From NCBI GenBank assembly GCA_964580995.1, contig CAZOMV010000007.1, positions 11,096-75,095 of the forward strand: a DNA stretch of 64,000 nt. The letters run 5' to 3'. Source of the stretch: an uncultured Pirellulales bacterium. GTDB taxonomy: Bacteria > Planctomycetota > Phycisphaerae > Sedimentisphaerales > SM23-30. The notes beneath the pieces are model-generated. The model was not told the origin of the DNA. It saw only the letters and a program-made list of their open reading frames with translations, and did no database searches. The number at the start of each line of letters is the position of its first letter. The first letter of the stretch is position 1. A program made the position numbers and the translations under genes. Below, one piece after another: positions 1 to 8,143 of the stretch.

Positions 1-1
1 G

Positions 2-715
2 ATTGTCATTCCGACGTACAACGAGAGCCACAAGATCGGTCGCGATATTGCGGCGGCAGGTGCGTTTCTGGCGGAGCAGGGCTGGCGGGGGGAGATTATC
101 GTGGCCGATGACGGCAGCCGGGACGGGACGGTAGAAGCGGCGAAAGAGAAAAAGGAGCATCTGCCCGGCGGGGTGGAACTGCGGGTGATCGCGTTTGAGC
201 ATCGGGGGAAAGGATACGTGGTGCGGATGGGTATGCAGCAGACGAAGGGGGACTACATTATGTTTGCCGACAGCGGGATGTGTGTGCCGTACCGGGATGC
301 GCTGCGGGGGCTGGAGATGATCCGGAGCGGGCAATGCGAGGTTGCGCACGGGTCGCGGCGATTGTCGCAGACGAAAATCGACCGGCCGCAGAACTGGTAC
401 CGGAAGGTTTGCTCGCGGACCTTCCGCTGGGTGGCGCACCGGTTTATGCAGATACCGGCGGAATTGAAGGATACGCAGTGCGGGTTCAAGATTTATCGCG
501 GGGATGCGGGGCGGGCGATTTATGGCCAGTGCATTACGGACGGGTTTATGTTTGATGTGGAGACGATTCTGCGGGCGAAGAAGCTGGGATATCGGATCGC
601 GGAGTTTGCGATCGAATGGACGTGCGACCGGGACAGCCGGATCACGCCGGCGCGGGATATCGGGCTGATTTTGGGGGAGCTGTCGCGGATTAAGAAGGAT
701 ATCGCGGCAGGTTGA
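2..715 (+). CDS. Family-2 glycosyltransferase (polyprenyl-phosphate sugar synthase-like), 5' end cut by window edge
   Basis: The frame is open from base 2 (IVIPTYNESHKIG...VADDGSRDGT...), showing the GT-A/GT2 N-terminal PxYNE and DD-type motifs. Stop is TGA at 713-715. The ORF track lists only the part from the internal GTG at 101. Confidence 0.85.
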   Translation: MVIPTYNESHKIGRDIAAAGAFLAEQGWRGEIIVADDGSRDGTVEAAKEKKEHLPGGVELRVIAFEHRGKGYVVRMGMQQTKGDYIMFADSGMCVPYRDALRGLEMIRSGQCEVAHGSRRLSQTKIDRPQNWYRKVCSRTFRWVAHRFMQIPAELKDTQCGFKIYRGDAGRAIYGQCITDGFMFDVETILRAKKLGYRIAEFAIEWTCDRDSRITPARDIGLILGELSRIKKDIAAG

Positions 716-721
716 TAGGAG

Positions 722-747
722 CACGGCCAAGATGGCCGTGGCACAAT
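722..747. repeat. 26-nt hairpin element, copy 1; probable bidirectional terminator
   Basis: CACGGCCA-AGA-TGGCCGTG forms an 8-bp perfect stem with a 3-nt loop at 722-740. It lies in the 37-nt gap between convergent stops at 715 (+) and 753 (-). The exact reverse complement of 722-747 recurs at 51573-51598. Confidence 0.6.
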
Positions 748-752
748 CAGGA

Positions 753-1739
753 TTATTTGAAAAATAGTGTATGGTTTTTCCAGGGGCCGAAGGGGAGGAT
801 TTTTTCTTTGTCGGTTTCGGTGGGCTGGATGAAGACCAGTGCCAGGGTTTCGAGGCGGCGGTCGCAATATGTTTTTACCTGATCGGGGGTCATCACCAGA
901 AAGGCCGTGGAGAGGGCATCGGCGGTAGCGCCGTCGGGGGCAGAGGCCCAGGCGGCGAAGCGGCCGGTGACGGGCTGGGCGGTGCGCGGATCGAGGATAT
1001 GCTGGCCCTGCTGGAGGCCGGAACCGCTGAAGGCCTGATCTTTCAAGTGGAGGCTGGCCAGTAGTTTTTGGGGATCGCGGGGATGGCTGATGGTGACGGG
1101 CCAGCCGGTGACGCCGCGGGGTGAGCCGACGGCCAGGGCGGTACTGTAACAGTGGAGCAGGGCCGCGGGGATGTTCCAGTCCCGCAGGAGGACGGCGAGT
1201 TGATCCAGGGCAAAACCTTTGCCGATCCCGCCCAGGTCAATTTGCAGATGATCGATGAGGACCTGCACGGTCAATTTATCTTTGTTGAGCTGGAGGAGGT
1301 TCAGGCCGGTGCGGCGGCGGGCGTAATCCAGTTCATCGGGTGGAATGTTTTGGCGGGGGGTTTTGTCCTTGTTCAGGAGGCAGTTCATCAGCAGGCCGAC
1401 GGTGACATCGAACGCGCCATCCGTTTCGGCGTAGAGACGGGCGCTGATTTCCAGGGCTTCGAAGGTTTGCTCGGACACAGTCAGCGACTGGCCGGGGGGC
1501 AGGTGATTGATGCGGGTGATGTCGCTGTTTTCGACGTAGCGGCTGAGTTTTTGTTCGAGGCGGTCCAGCTCGTTGAAGGCGTCGAGGGAAAACTGGCGGG
1601 CATAGTCTGGTTCCTCGTCGGCGATGATGATCTCAAAGGTGGTGGCCATGGCTTCGTGCTGGAAACGATGGAGGCGGGAGGTGATGTTTTCTTCCTGCGG
1701 GTTCAGATGGATTTGGGTTTTGGTTTCGGATTCAGTCAT
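753..1739 (-). CDS. apbE: FAD:protein FMN transferase (ApbE family)
   Basis: I trimmed the 525-aa ORF to ATG 1739 (MTESETK...), which forms an ATGA overlap with the upstream stop. ApbE-like blocks present: AMATTFEIII, DVTVG, IDLGGIGKGFALD, GSGLQQGQHILDPRTAQP. The upstream ~200 codons are Pro/Arg-rich shadow sequence overlapping the next gene. Confidence 0.85.
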   Translation of the reverse strand: MTESETKTQIHLNPQEENITSRLHRFQHEAMATTFEIIIADEEPDYARQFSLDAFNELDRLEQKLSRYVENSDITRINHLPPGQSLTVSEQTFEALEISARLYAETDGAFDVTVGLLMNCLLNKDKTPRQNIPPDELDYARRRTGLNLLQLNKDKLTVQVLIDHLQIDLGGIGKGFALDQLAVLLRDWNIPAALLHCYSTALAVGSPRGVTGWPVTISHPRDPQKLLASLHLKDQAFSGSGLQQGQHILDPRTAQPVTGRFAAWASAPDGATADALSTAFLVMTPDQVKTYCDRRLETLALVFIQPTETDKEKILPFGPWKNHTLFFK

Positions 1740-3349
1740 GGGGCGGTATCCGGTTTCTGCTGGGAGGCAATGAGACGCTGCTGGAGGTCGCTGGTGAGGT
1801 AGCCGCGGAGTTCGATGGCCGGCCGCAATTCCAGATAGGAATCGAACAGAGGCACATATAAATTTTTCTGGCCGGGGGGCGGGAGCTGGTAGAGTTTTTC
1901 GATAAGCTCGGATTCCAGCGAGGGGGAGGCAATCACCAGGTCGCAGCCGGCGATTTGATCCGTGACCCGGTCCAGCCAGCGGACATGGGGGAAAGAGCGG
2001 AGGTACCAGGGCAGGGGCCAATAGTCGTGGGCGGGGCAAATCACGGCGATGTTCGTGTCCCGGCCTTGCGGCGCGATTTGGACGACGGCCTCGATTCGAT
2101 CGACGATCGGGTAGATGTCGGGGGAAGTATGGCCATAGACGTAGGGATTGGCGGTATCGGCACAGTATTTGTAGTTGGCCTGATACCCCAGCCAGACCAG
2201 ATGGATGGCACCGGCCAGCAGGAGAATGCCAAAGACGATTTTCAAAGGTACAGCCTTGAGCATGGCGAACAGGACCACAATCGCCACCGCCGCCAGCAGG
2301 ATGAAGCCGTGCAGGAAGCCCAGCAGACACCAGGGGGTTTTATAGGGAATGGCGGAGTAGAGGATGGCCATGATGAGGGTGTAGAAGGCGAGGAAACGGA
2401 GCAGGGACAGGCTGATATTGGTTTGTGCGGCAAGGATCGCTTTGCCGCGGCGGGTAAAAATGGCAAGCAGGCCGAGGAGGGCCAGAATCACGATGAGGCT
2501 CTCAGTCCAGAGGGGGCGGTTGGGTTCGTGGTTATAAAGAAGCAGTTGGAGGTAGTAGTACCAGGGGTGGAGGTGAAAGTCATTCTGGCCGGCGCGGTCC
2601 AGATAGGTGGACCAGAAACGGAGGGAATCGAGCACACCGGGGATATGGGTGAAGAAGGAGGAATAAAAGGCGGCGGATACCAGAAACGCAGTGACTATCA
2701 TGAGAAAGACATGGAATATATTGATTTTCGGGCGGCCGGCGGCGAAGGATTTTTTATTGATAAGGTAAACCAGCAGGAGAGACAAAATCATCGAGCCAAA
2801 GGCGATGACGCAGGTCTCCTTGGTGGCGTGGGCCAGGCCGATGAACATGCCGGTCAGTAGAATCCAGATGAGTTTGCGGCTGCGGAGGTAGCGAAAACCG
2901 GCGGCGATGATGCCGAAAGTGAAGCAGACCAGGAGGATTTCCTGGATATAGTAGCGGCTGTAGTAAACCAGGGCGGGCGAAACAGCAACCAGAAATGCGC
3001 TACAGGCAACGATGCGGGTGCCCAGGGCGGGGATGAGCCAGAGATGGAGAACAATCAGCAGGACACCGAATAAAACGGGGACGATGCGGAGGAGAAATTC
3101 GTTGACCTGGGTAATCTTCTGAGCACCGCCCAGCCAGGCGGGGATGAGGGTGAAGTAGTTGAGAGTCGGGCCGTGATACTCGTTATAGTCGTAGATATAC
3201 TCATGAAATTCGAGAAGCCGCCCAAACTTGACAGCGTGGACGGCTTCATCGGTATGCATCGGGCGTAATTCCAATTCCGGCAGCCGCAGGCACAGGGCCA
3301 GCAGGGTCGCCGACAGAATGAGAATCAGGCCGGTTTCACTGGATTTCAT
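1736..3349 (-). CDS. GT-C fold membrane glycosyltransferase (ArnT/PMT-like, TIGR03663-like)
   Basis: 537 aa with 12 or more hydrophobic helices. The first loop is 'RPMHTDEAVHA', matching the GT-C Asp-Glu loop. ATGA-type overlaps occur at both ends (1736-1739 and 3346-3349). Confidence 0.75.
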   Translation of the reverse strand: MKSSETGLILILSATLLALCLRLPELELRPMHTDEAVHAVKFGRLLEFHEYIYDYNEYHGPTLNYFTLIPAWLGGAQKITQVNEFLLRIVPVLFGVLLIVLHLWLIPALGTRIVACSAFLVAVSPALVYYSRYYIQEILLVCFTFGIIAAGFRYLRSRKLIWILLTGMFIGLAHATKETCVIAFGSMILSLLLVYLINKKSFAAGRPKINIFHVFLMIVTAFLVSAAFYSSFFTHIPGVLDSLRFWSTYLDRAGQNDFHLHPWYYYLQLLLYNHEPNRPLWTESLIVILALLGLLAIFTRRGKAILAAQTNISLSLLRFLAFYTLIMAILYSAIPYKTPWCLLGFLHGFILLAAVAIVVLFAMLKAVPLKIVFGILLLAGAIHLVWLGYQANYKYCADTANPYVYGHTSPDIYPIVDRIEAVVQIAPQGRDTNIAVICPAHDYWPLPWYLRSFPHVRWLDRVTDQIAGCDLVIASPSLESELIEKLYQLPPPGQKNLYVPLFDSYLELRPAIELRGYLTSDLQQRLIASQQKPDTAP

Positions 3350-4122
3350 TCGACTGGTTTGCCGAAAACTTCCACTTCGACGTAATGGTTATATTCGTTG
3401 GCGTTGTTGCCTTTGCTGTAGAGGCGGACATAGCGGCCCTGCACTCCTTTGGCATCGATCAGCCGGCCTTCGGAGGTTTCGATGTAATTCATGTCTTTGC
3501 CGACGCCCATACCGCTGGAATTGTCATCATCGTTGTTGAAGATGGTGGCCACTTCGATGAAGTCGGGGTCTTTGGAGACCTGGACGATGACATCGGAGTA
3601 AACGCGGGCCTGCATGTGATAGTGCCAGACCAGGACGGCATAAATATCGTACACCTTTTCCAGGTCGATGGTGACATGCTGGACCATGGGGCCTAATTCG
3701 ACATAACTGCCGTCGGAGCCGGCCTTGTCACCATCGGTGATGTAACTGAGTTCGCCGATGATGGGGTTTTCGTCGGAACTGGTAATGGGTTTGCCGACGG
3801 CAACATTGGTGACACCTTTGGGGGCGAGCATCGGGGGCCGGGCCTTGCCGAGCGGTTTTTCCAGATTGTTCACTTTGATATTCTGGGGCGTGCCGACGAA
3901 CATGGCTGGGGGCAGCTCGATGGGCAGGGGGACCATATCCCCTTCCGCGGTTGGGGCCGGTGTGTCATTATTGGCAACCGGTTCGGGTGCGACAGGCTGG
4001 TTATTAGCAGGCAGCTTGGGGTCAGGACCCGGCTGCTCCTTCTTGCAGGAAACCAGAGCTAGGCTGGCAGAAAGCAAAACAACCGTAAGAAGCCAAACGT
4101 GGGAAGAAAGCAATTTTTTCAT
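3346..4122 (-). CDS. Lipoprotein with C-terminal discoidin (F5/8 type C)-like domain
   Basis: Signal peptide with lipobox (SLALVSC), followed by a Pro-rich linker. The C-terminal jelly-roll-like block ends ...GRYVRLYSKGNNANEYNHYVEVEVFG. Confidence 0.7.
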   Translation of the reverse strand: MKKLLSSHVWLLTVVLLSASLALVSCKKEQPGPDPKLPANNQPVAPEPVANNDTPAPTAEGDMVPLPIELPPAMFVGTPQNIKVNNLEKPLGKARPPMLAPKGVTNVAVGKPITSSDENPIIGELSYITDGDKAGSDGSYVELGPMVQHVTIDLEKVYDIYAVLVWHYHMQARVYSDVIVQVSKDPDFIEVATIFNNDDDNSSGMGVGKDMNYIETSEGRLIDAKGVQGRYVRLYSKGNNANEYNHYVEVEVFGKPVE

Positions 4123-4198
4123 TCTTTTATCAACCTCAAGAAAAACAAAACTTACCTAACTGCTTATGCAGTAACAAATTAATGATTACCAGACAATA

Positions 4199-4227
4199 AG
4201 TCTAACCTATTTTTTGGCGTTTGTCAA
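4199..4227 (-). promoter_or_regulatory. Candidate sigma70-type promoter (TTGACA-17-TAGACT)
   Basis: On the minus strand, TTGACA (4222-4227) is followed by a 17-nt spacer and TAGACT (4199-4204). This sits about 75 nt upstream of ATG 4122. Consensus match only. Confidence 0.3.
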
Positions 4228-4324
4228 GAATTAAGACGCCAACGTCAAAAGCTCTTCGATCCTTGTTATTGGGGAACCAGAGCCGTTTTTGGATGTCAAT
4301 ATCGACTTTTGGCGGTTCCGTCAA

Positions 4325-5662
4325 TTAAGCCTTTTTCCCGGGGGTAAGCTGAATGGCGGGCGGCTGAAGGCCGGCTTTGGCCAGCAGGGCGTATAAGATG
4401 AACCCGATGATGAAGGCGATGACGGGAGCGGGGTTAATCCAGCCGAATTTCGACGGGCTGACCGTGGGAAGAATTGCCACGATAAAACCGACGGCCCAGG
4501 CGATATAGCCGGCCATATTAATCCCTTTGCGCGGGCCGGCCCATTTGTTGCCGCTGAGGAGATAATCGGCCAGCATGGACCCGCAAATCGGGCCGAAGGA
4601 GGCGCCAATGATGGAGAACACACCTACCAGGTTCAAGGCGACGCCGGTGGCGGCCAGGATGATCGCAATGACCGCACCGATCAAGACCATTACCATCTTA
4701 TTGGCGGTGGGGAACATGGTGCCGATACTGTTGGCAGCGATCAAAGAACAGAAACAGGCTGGGGCAAAGCTGGCGATGGCAAAGAGGATAAACATCCATT
4801 GGGCCAGTTTGCCACCCTGGGACCGGATGACGGCATCGAAGGCGAAGGAATCGAGGGCGGGATTGGCGCCGTGGGCGCCAGCGATGGCGATGAGGGGCAG
4901 ACCACCGGCAAAAACGATGGCCAGGGCCACACCGACCAAACCACCCATTCTTACATCTTTTTCATTGCGGCTGCCCGTGCCAAAATCCACACCGGCGGCA
5001 CCGGCCGTAGCGAAGAAACCGACGACGATGCTAATCATGGTCAGGAATCCCGTGATGGGTTTGGCATTGGGGGCGACCTGAAAATCACCGGCGGTCCCGA
5101 CATTGGAAAAAAATACAAAAAGAATCATAACCAGGGGGACAATAGGAAGGAAGGTAGCGACTTTCGCGACGTATTTGATCCCCTTGACACCCATAAAGGC
5201 GGCAGCCAAACCCCAGATGATGGAGACAACAATAAACGGAGTAGTACCTGGAGTGCCATCTTGTCCCGCGGCCTGAAGGATGAAACTGCTCGCCACGGCG
5301 GTATTAACCGCCAGCCAGCCGAACTGAAGGAGGCCCATCAGCAGGCCGGGCATGAGAAAGCCGCCCAGGGTGCCGTAGGTGGAGGAACCGACGACATAGA
5401 GAGGGTAGCCGGTTTTCATGCCGAAAAGGCCGGGAACCAGATAGAAGAGGAAATGGCAGATCAGGGCGGCGGCGACCAGGCCCAGCAGGCTCAGGCCCAG
5501 GCCCGCCTGCGGCAGGGTGCCGTTGGCGATCTGCATATAAAAAACGACCCACAAAAAGATGCCCGCATAGGTGGGGGCGGTGTTTTTGTACCAGGGGGCC
5601 CGGTTTTCGGGCGGATTGGGTACGGCCATTTTCAGATAATTCGGAACCATTTCGTTACTCAT
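4325..5662 (-). CDS. NCS1 / cytosine-purine permease-like transporter (CodB-like)
   Basis: 445 aa with about 12 TM helices. Blocks align by eye to E. coli CodB (YGTLGGFLMPGLLMGLLQFGWLAVN; DFGTGSRNEKDVRMGGLVG). AAGGAG lies 8 nt before ATG 5662. Confidence 0.7.
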   Translation of the reverse strand: MSNEMVPNYLKMAVPNPPENRAPWYKNTAPTYAGIFLWVVFYMQIANGTLPQAGLGLSLLGLVAAALICHFLFYLVPGLFGMKTGYPLYVVGSSTYGTLGGFLMPGLLMGLLQFGWLAVNTAVASSFILQAAGQDGTPGTTPFIVVSIIWGLAAAFMGVKGIKYVAKVATFLPIVPLVMILFVFFSNVGTAGDFQVAPNAKPITGFLTMISIVVGFFATAGAAGVDFGTGSRNEKDVRMGGLVGVALAIVFAGGLPLIAIAGAHGANPALDSFAFDAVIRSQGGKLAQWMFILFAIASFAPACFCSLIAANSIGTMFPTANKMVMVLIGAVIAIILAATGVALNLVGVFSIIGASFGPICGSMLADYLLSGNKWAGPRKGINMAGYIAWAVGFIVAILPTVSPSKFGWINPAPVIAFIIGFILYALLAKAGLQPPAIQLTPGKKA

Positions 5663-5674
5663 AACAGATTCTCC

Positions 5675-8113
5675 TTATAAAAAACCTTTCGCGACGTTTT
5701 GTTTTTTGCTGGTCCCAGTCAGCGTCAAGAGGGTGTGGATGACGACGAGGACCGCCAGAGCTATCGTAGTGTACTGGTGCGTATGATAGAGGAAGAACTG
5801 GCCGGTGGTGCCGAAGAGGTTGAACATGCTCAGGACGCTGGAGAGCATGACGGGCAGGGCCAGCAGGCCGATCAGCCAGAAACAAAGTTTCCGGAGCGGA
5901 CAAACGGAGGTGGCGGCCAGGAACCGGCTGGGATGCGCTCCCAGCAGGATCAGCAGGGCCAGACAGATCATGAAGGGCGGGGCGATGGTGCAGTGGAGCA
6001 TGAGGAGATAGCCGGTCATGGGTTTGCCGGTAAGGAAGAAGGCATAGAAGCCGGTGCCGGCCAGGACCAGGAAGCAGAGGAGGCCGGCCAGATAGATCAG
6101 CTTCTTCAGGAAGCCGTACCAGCGGTTGGAGCTGGGGACGGCTGGTTCCGCCGCGGCCATTTTCGAACCGGCGGCCAGGGCGGCCGCGACGGTCAGGCCC
6201 CGGAGGCAGTAGAGCAGCAGAATGGCGGCGATCAGGGCCGAGGCGGCGAAGGCGACCGTTTTCAGCATGGGACGAAATACGAAGGAACTGTTGAAAAGGG
6301 AGACATAGGTTTCGTCCAGAGGAAGGAAGTGAATCATCCTCTTGAACAGGCCGCGGTCGGAAGGCAGGGGGCTGTCGATAGCCAGGGCGGCCTGGTAGAA
6401 GGGAGCGTCGTTGGTGTGGCAGTCGGGACAGCCGCGAACGCCCAGCGATTGCGAGGCCGGCCGGACATCGTGGGCCAGAGGCCAGAGATACGGCTGGGCC
6501 GCTTCGTTTTCCTGTGAAACCAAGGCTCCGGCGTCATCCAACTGGTACATTTTACCGCCGCAAATATACACGGCAGTGCCCTGTACGAACGGCTGGCCTT
6601 TCAGGGTGGTTAGTACCTGGGTAATCATATTTTTGAACCAGGCTTCCTTTTCGGCCGTTTCCGGTTTCGCTACCTCTCCGTCAGCGAGATTTTCTTCCGG
6701 CATTTCCGGCCAGGTAACCGAGGCAGGCAGTTCATAGCCATGTAAGAGAATTTGGCTGGCAACCTGTTTGACCTCTTCGGGAACCAGGGGAACGACCTGG
6801 CCCTCTTTAAGCTGCGCCCAGAAGGCGGGCCACAGCATTTTGTGAGGTGCGATTTTGCCGGGCGGGGAATTGGGATCCACCGGCGGCAGTTCCGCCAAAA
6901 CCGGAGAGAGAATATGGGGCAGGGCATCCGGAGCCTTGTTCACCGTTTGCAGACCCAGGCTGTGCGCCCGGGATGTTTTTACAAAGGCAGCGGCATCGGT
7001 GGGCCAGGGGCCGCTGTGACAGGCCGTGCAGGCGAGCTTTTCAAAATGGACCGTGGGGATACCCACGTGTGTAGGTTTGGGTGAACCGAGCCGGCCGGCA
7101 TCAGGATTCTGAGGTTCATCGCTGCCGAGATGACAGCCTTCGCAGGTCAGGGTGGTAATGGCGGAATTATTATCCGCTCGTTTTTCCCCTTCATACCCGT
7201 GATTGATATTGTGATCGACGGTATTGCGATGGCAATCCACGCAGGCCAGGCCGGCTTTCAGGTGGACATCTTCATCCACATCCGTCCGCTGAGCATGAGT
7301 CTGGCTGGTGGAATGACAGAAATAGCAGCGTTCATTGGGAATAGCACGGGTCAGATGCAACTGAACCTTGTTCTCGCTATTGAAGCGGCTGGCATCGTAC
7401 TGAACGACGGGATAATCCAGGGATCCATCTTCCGGCACCCAGTGATCGGGTAATTTTTTTACCGAGCCGGTCACCCAGGCAAAGCTGCTGGTGGCCGTGT
7501 TGGCCCAGCCGAAATTCTGTTCGGCCAATTGTATGGCACACTGGGCCTGATCGTGGAAGGGTTCGGCATCGTGACAGGCCAGGCAATTGATTTCCATCGT
7601 ACCGGAGACATTCCAGCGGCCGGCAATGGGATCAATCGTTTCGCCGGATGGATCCGCGACACTGCCGCCGGGGAAATGGCGGCTGAAGACCTGGGTGAAA
7701 TCCCAGTCGGACAGCCCTACCTGCTGGGGTTTGTAGGTTCCTTCCCAATTGCGATACGACAAAGGAATCTGGGTGGCGGCGGCACAATCCCAGTAAATCC
7801 AGGGTTCCCCTTTATGGCCGGGATCGATATTTTCCTCGGCCGCATTGAAGTGCCAGCCATGACTGATTTTATCATAATCATGACATCGCCCACAGGTCTG
7901 CTTGGTGGAAAAAGGCCGATCGGAATCAGGGAAAATGGTCCCCGCATCTTTGTCATAGATCTTAATCAGGTGGACCGGCTGAGACAGATTTCCATCACCG
8001 GTATCCCCGATCATGGAGGAAGCACTTTCCTGAGCCGGTAAAGGCAAGGTACAAGCTACAAGGCAGATCACGGCCAGTGCGGTGATCCGGGACACAATAT
8101 TACGTTTTATCAT
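5675..8113 (-). CDS. Heptahaem c-type cytochrome fused to a C-terminal polytopic (cytochrome b-like) membrane domain
   Basis: Seven CxxCH motifs: CGRCH, CLACH, CYFCH, CVDCH, CEGCH, CTACH, CPDCH. There is an N-terminal signal anchor. The last ~200 aa form about 5 hydrophobic helices containing His residues. I prefer ATG 8113 (GGGAG 7 nt upstream) over ATG 8134. Confidence 0.85.
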   Translation of the reverse strand: MIKRNIVSRITALAVICLVACTLPLPAQESASSMIGDTGDGNLSQPVHLIKIYDKDAGTIFPDSDRPFSTKQTCGRCHDYDKISHGWHFNAAEENIDPGHKGEPWIYWDCAAATQIPLSYRNWEGTYKPQQVGLSDWDFTQVFSRHFPGGSVADPSGETIDPIAGRWNVSGTMEINCLACHDAEPFHDQAQCAIQLAEQNFGWANTATSSFAWVTGSVKKLPDHWVPEDGSLDYPVVQYDASRFNSENKVQLHLTRAIPNERCYFCHSTSQTHAQRTDVDEDVHLKAGLACVDCHRNTVDHNINHGYEGEKRADNNSAITTLTCEGCHLGSDEPQNPDAGRLGSPKPTHVGIPTVHFEKLACTACHSGPWPTDAAAFVKTSRAHSLGLQTVNKAPDALPHILSPVLAELPPVDPNSPPGKIAPHKMLWPAFWAQLKEGQVVPLVPEEVKQVASQILLHGYELPASVTWPEMPEENLADGEVAKPETAEKEAWFKNMITQVLTTLKGQPFVQGTAVYICGGKMYQLDDAGALVSQENEAAQPYLWPLAHDVRPASQSLGVRGCPDCHTNDAPFYQAALAIDSPLPSDRGLFKRMIHFLPLDETYVSLFNSSFVFRPMLKTVAFAASALIAAILLLYCLRGLTVAAALAAGSKMAAAEPAVPSSNRWYGFLKKLIYLAGLLCFLVLAGTGFYAFFLTGKPMTGYLLMLHCTIAPPFMICLALLILLGAHPSRFLAATSVCPLRKLCFWLIGLLALPVMLSSVLSMFNLFGTTGQFFLYHTHQYTTIALAVLVVIHTLLTLTGTSKKQNVAKGFL

Positions 8114-8143
8114 GCGAATCTCCCGTATGAGCATATTATCCAG

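Noticed and set aside
1740-2330. N-terminal ~197 codons of ORF 753..2330
   Set aside because: This part is Pro/Arg-rich and overlaps the GT-C gene in another frame. The ApbE homology begins only after ATG 1739, which forms an ATGA junction with the upstream stop.
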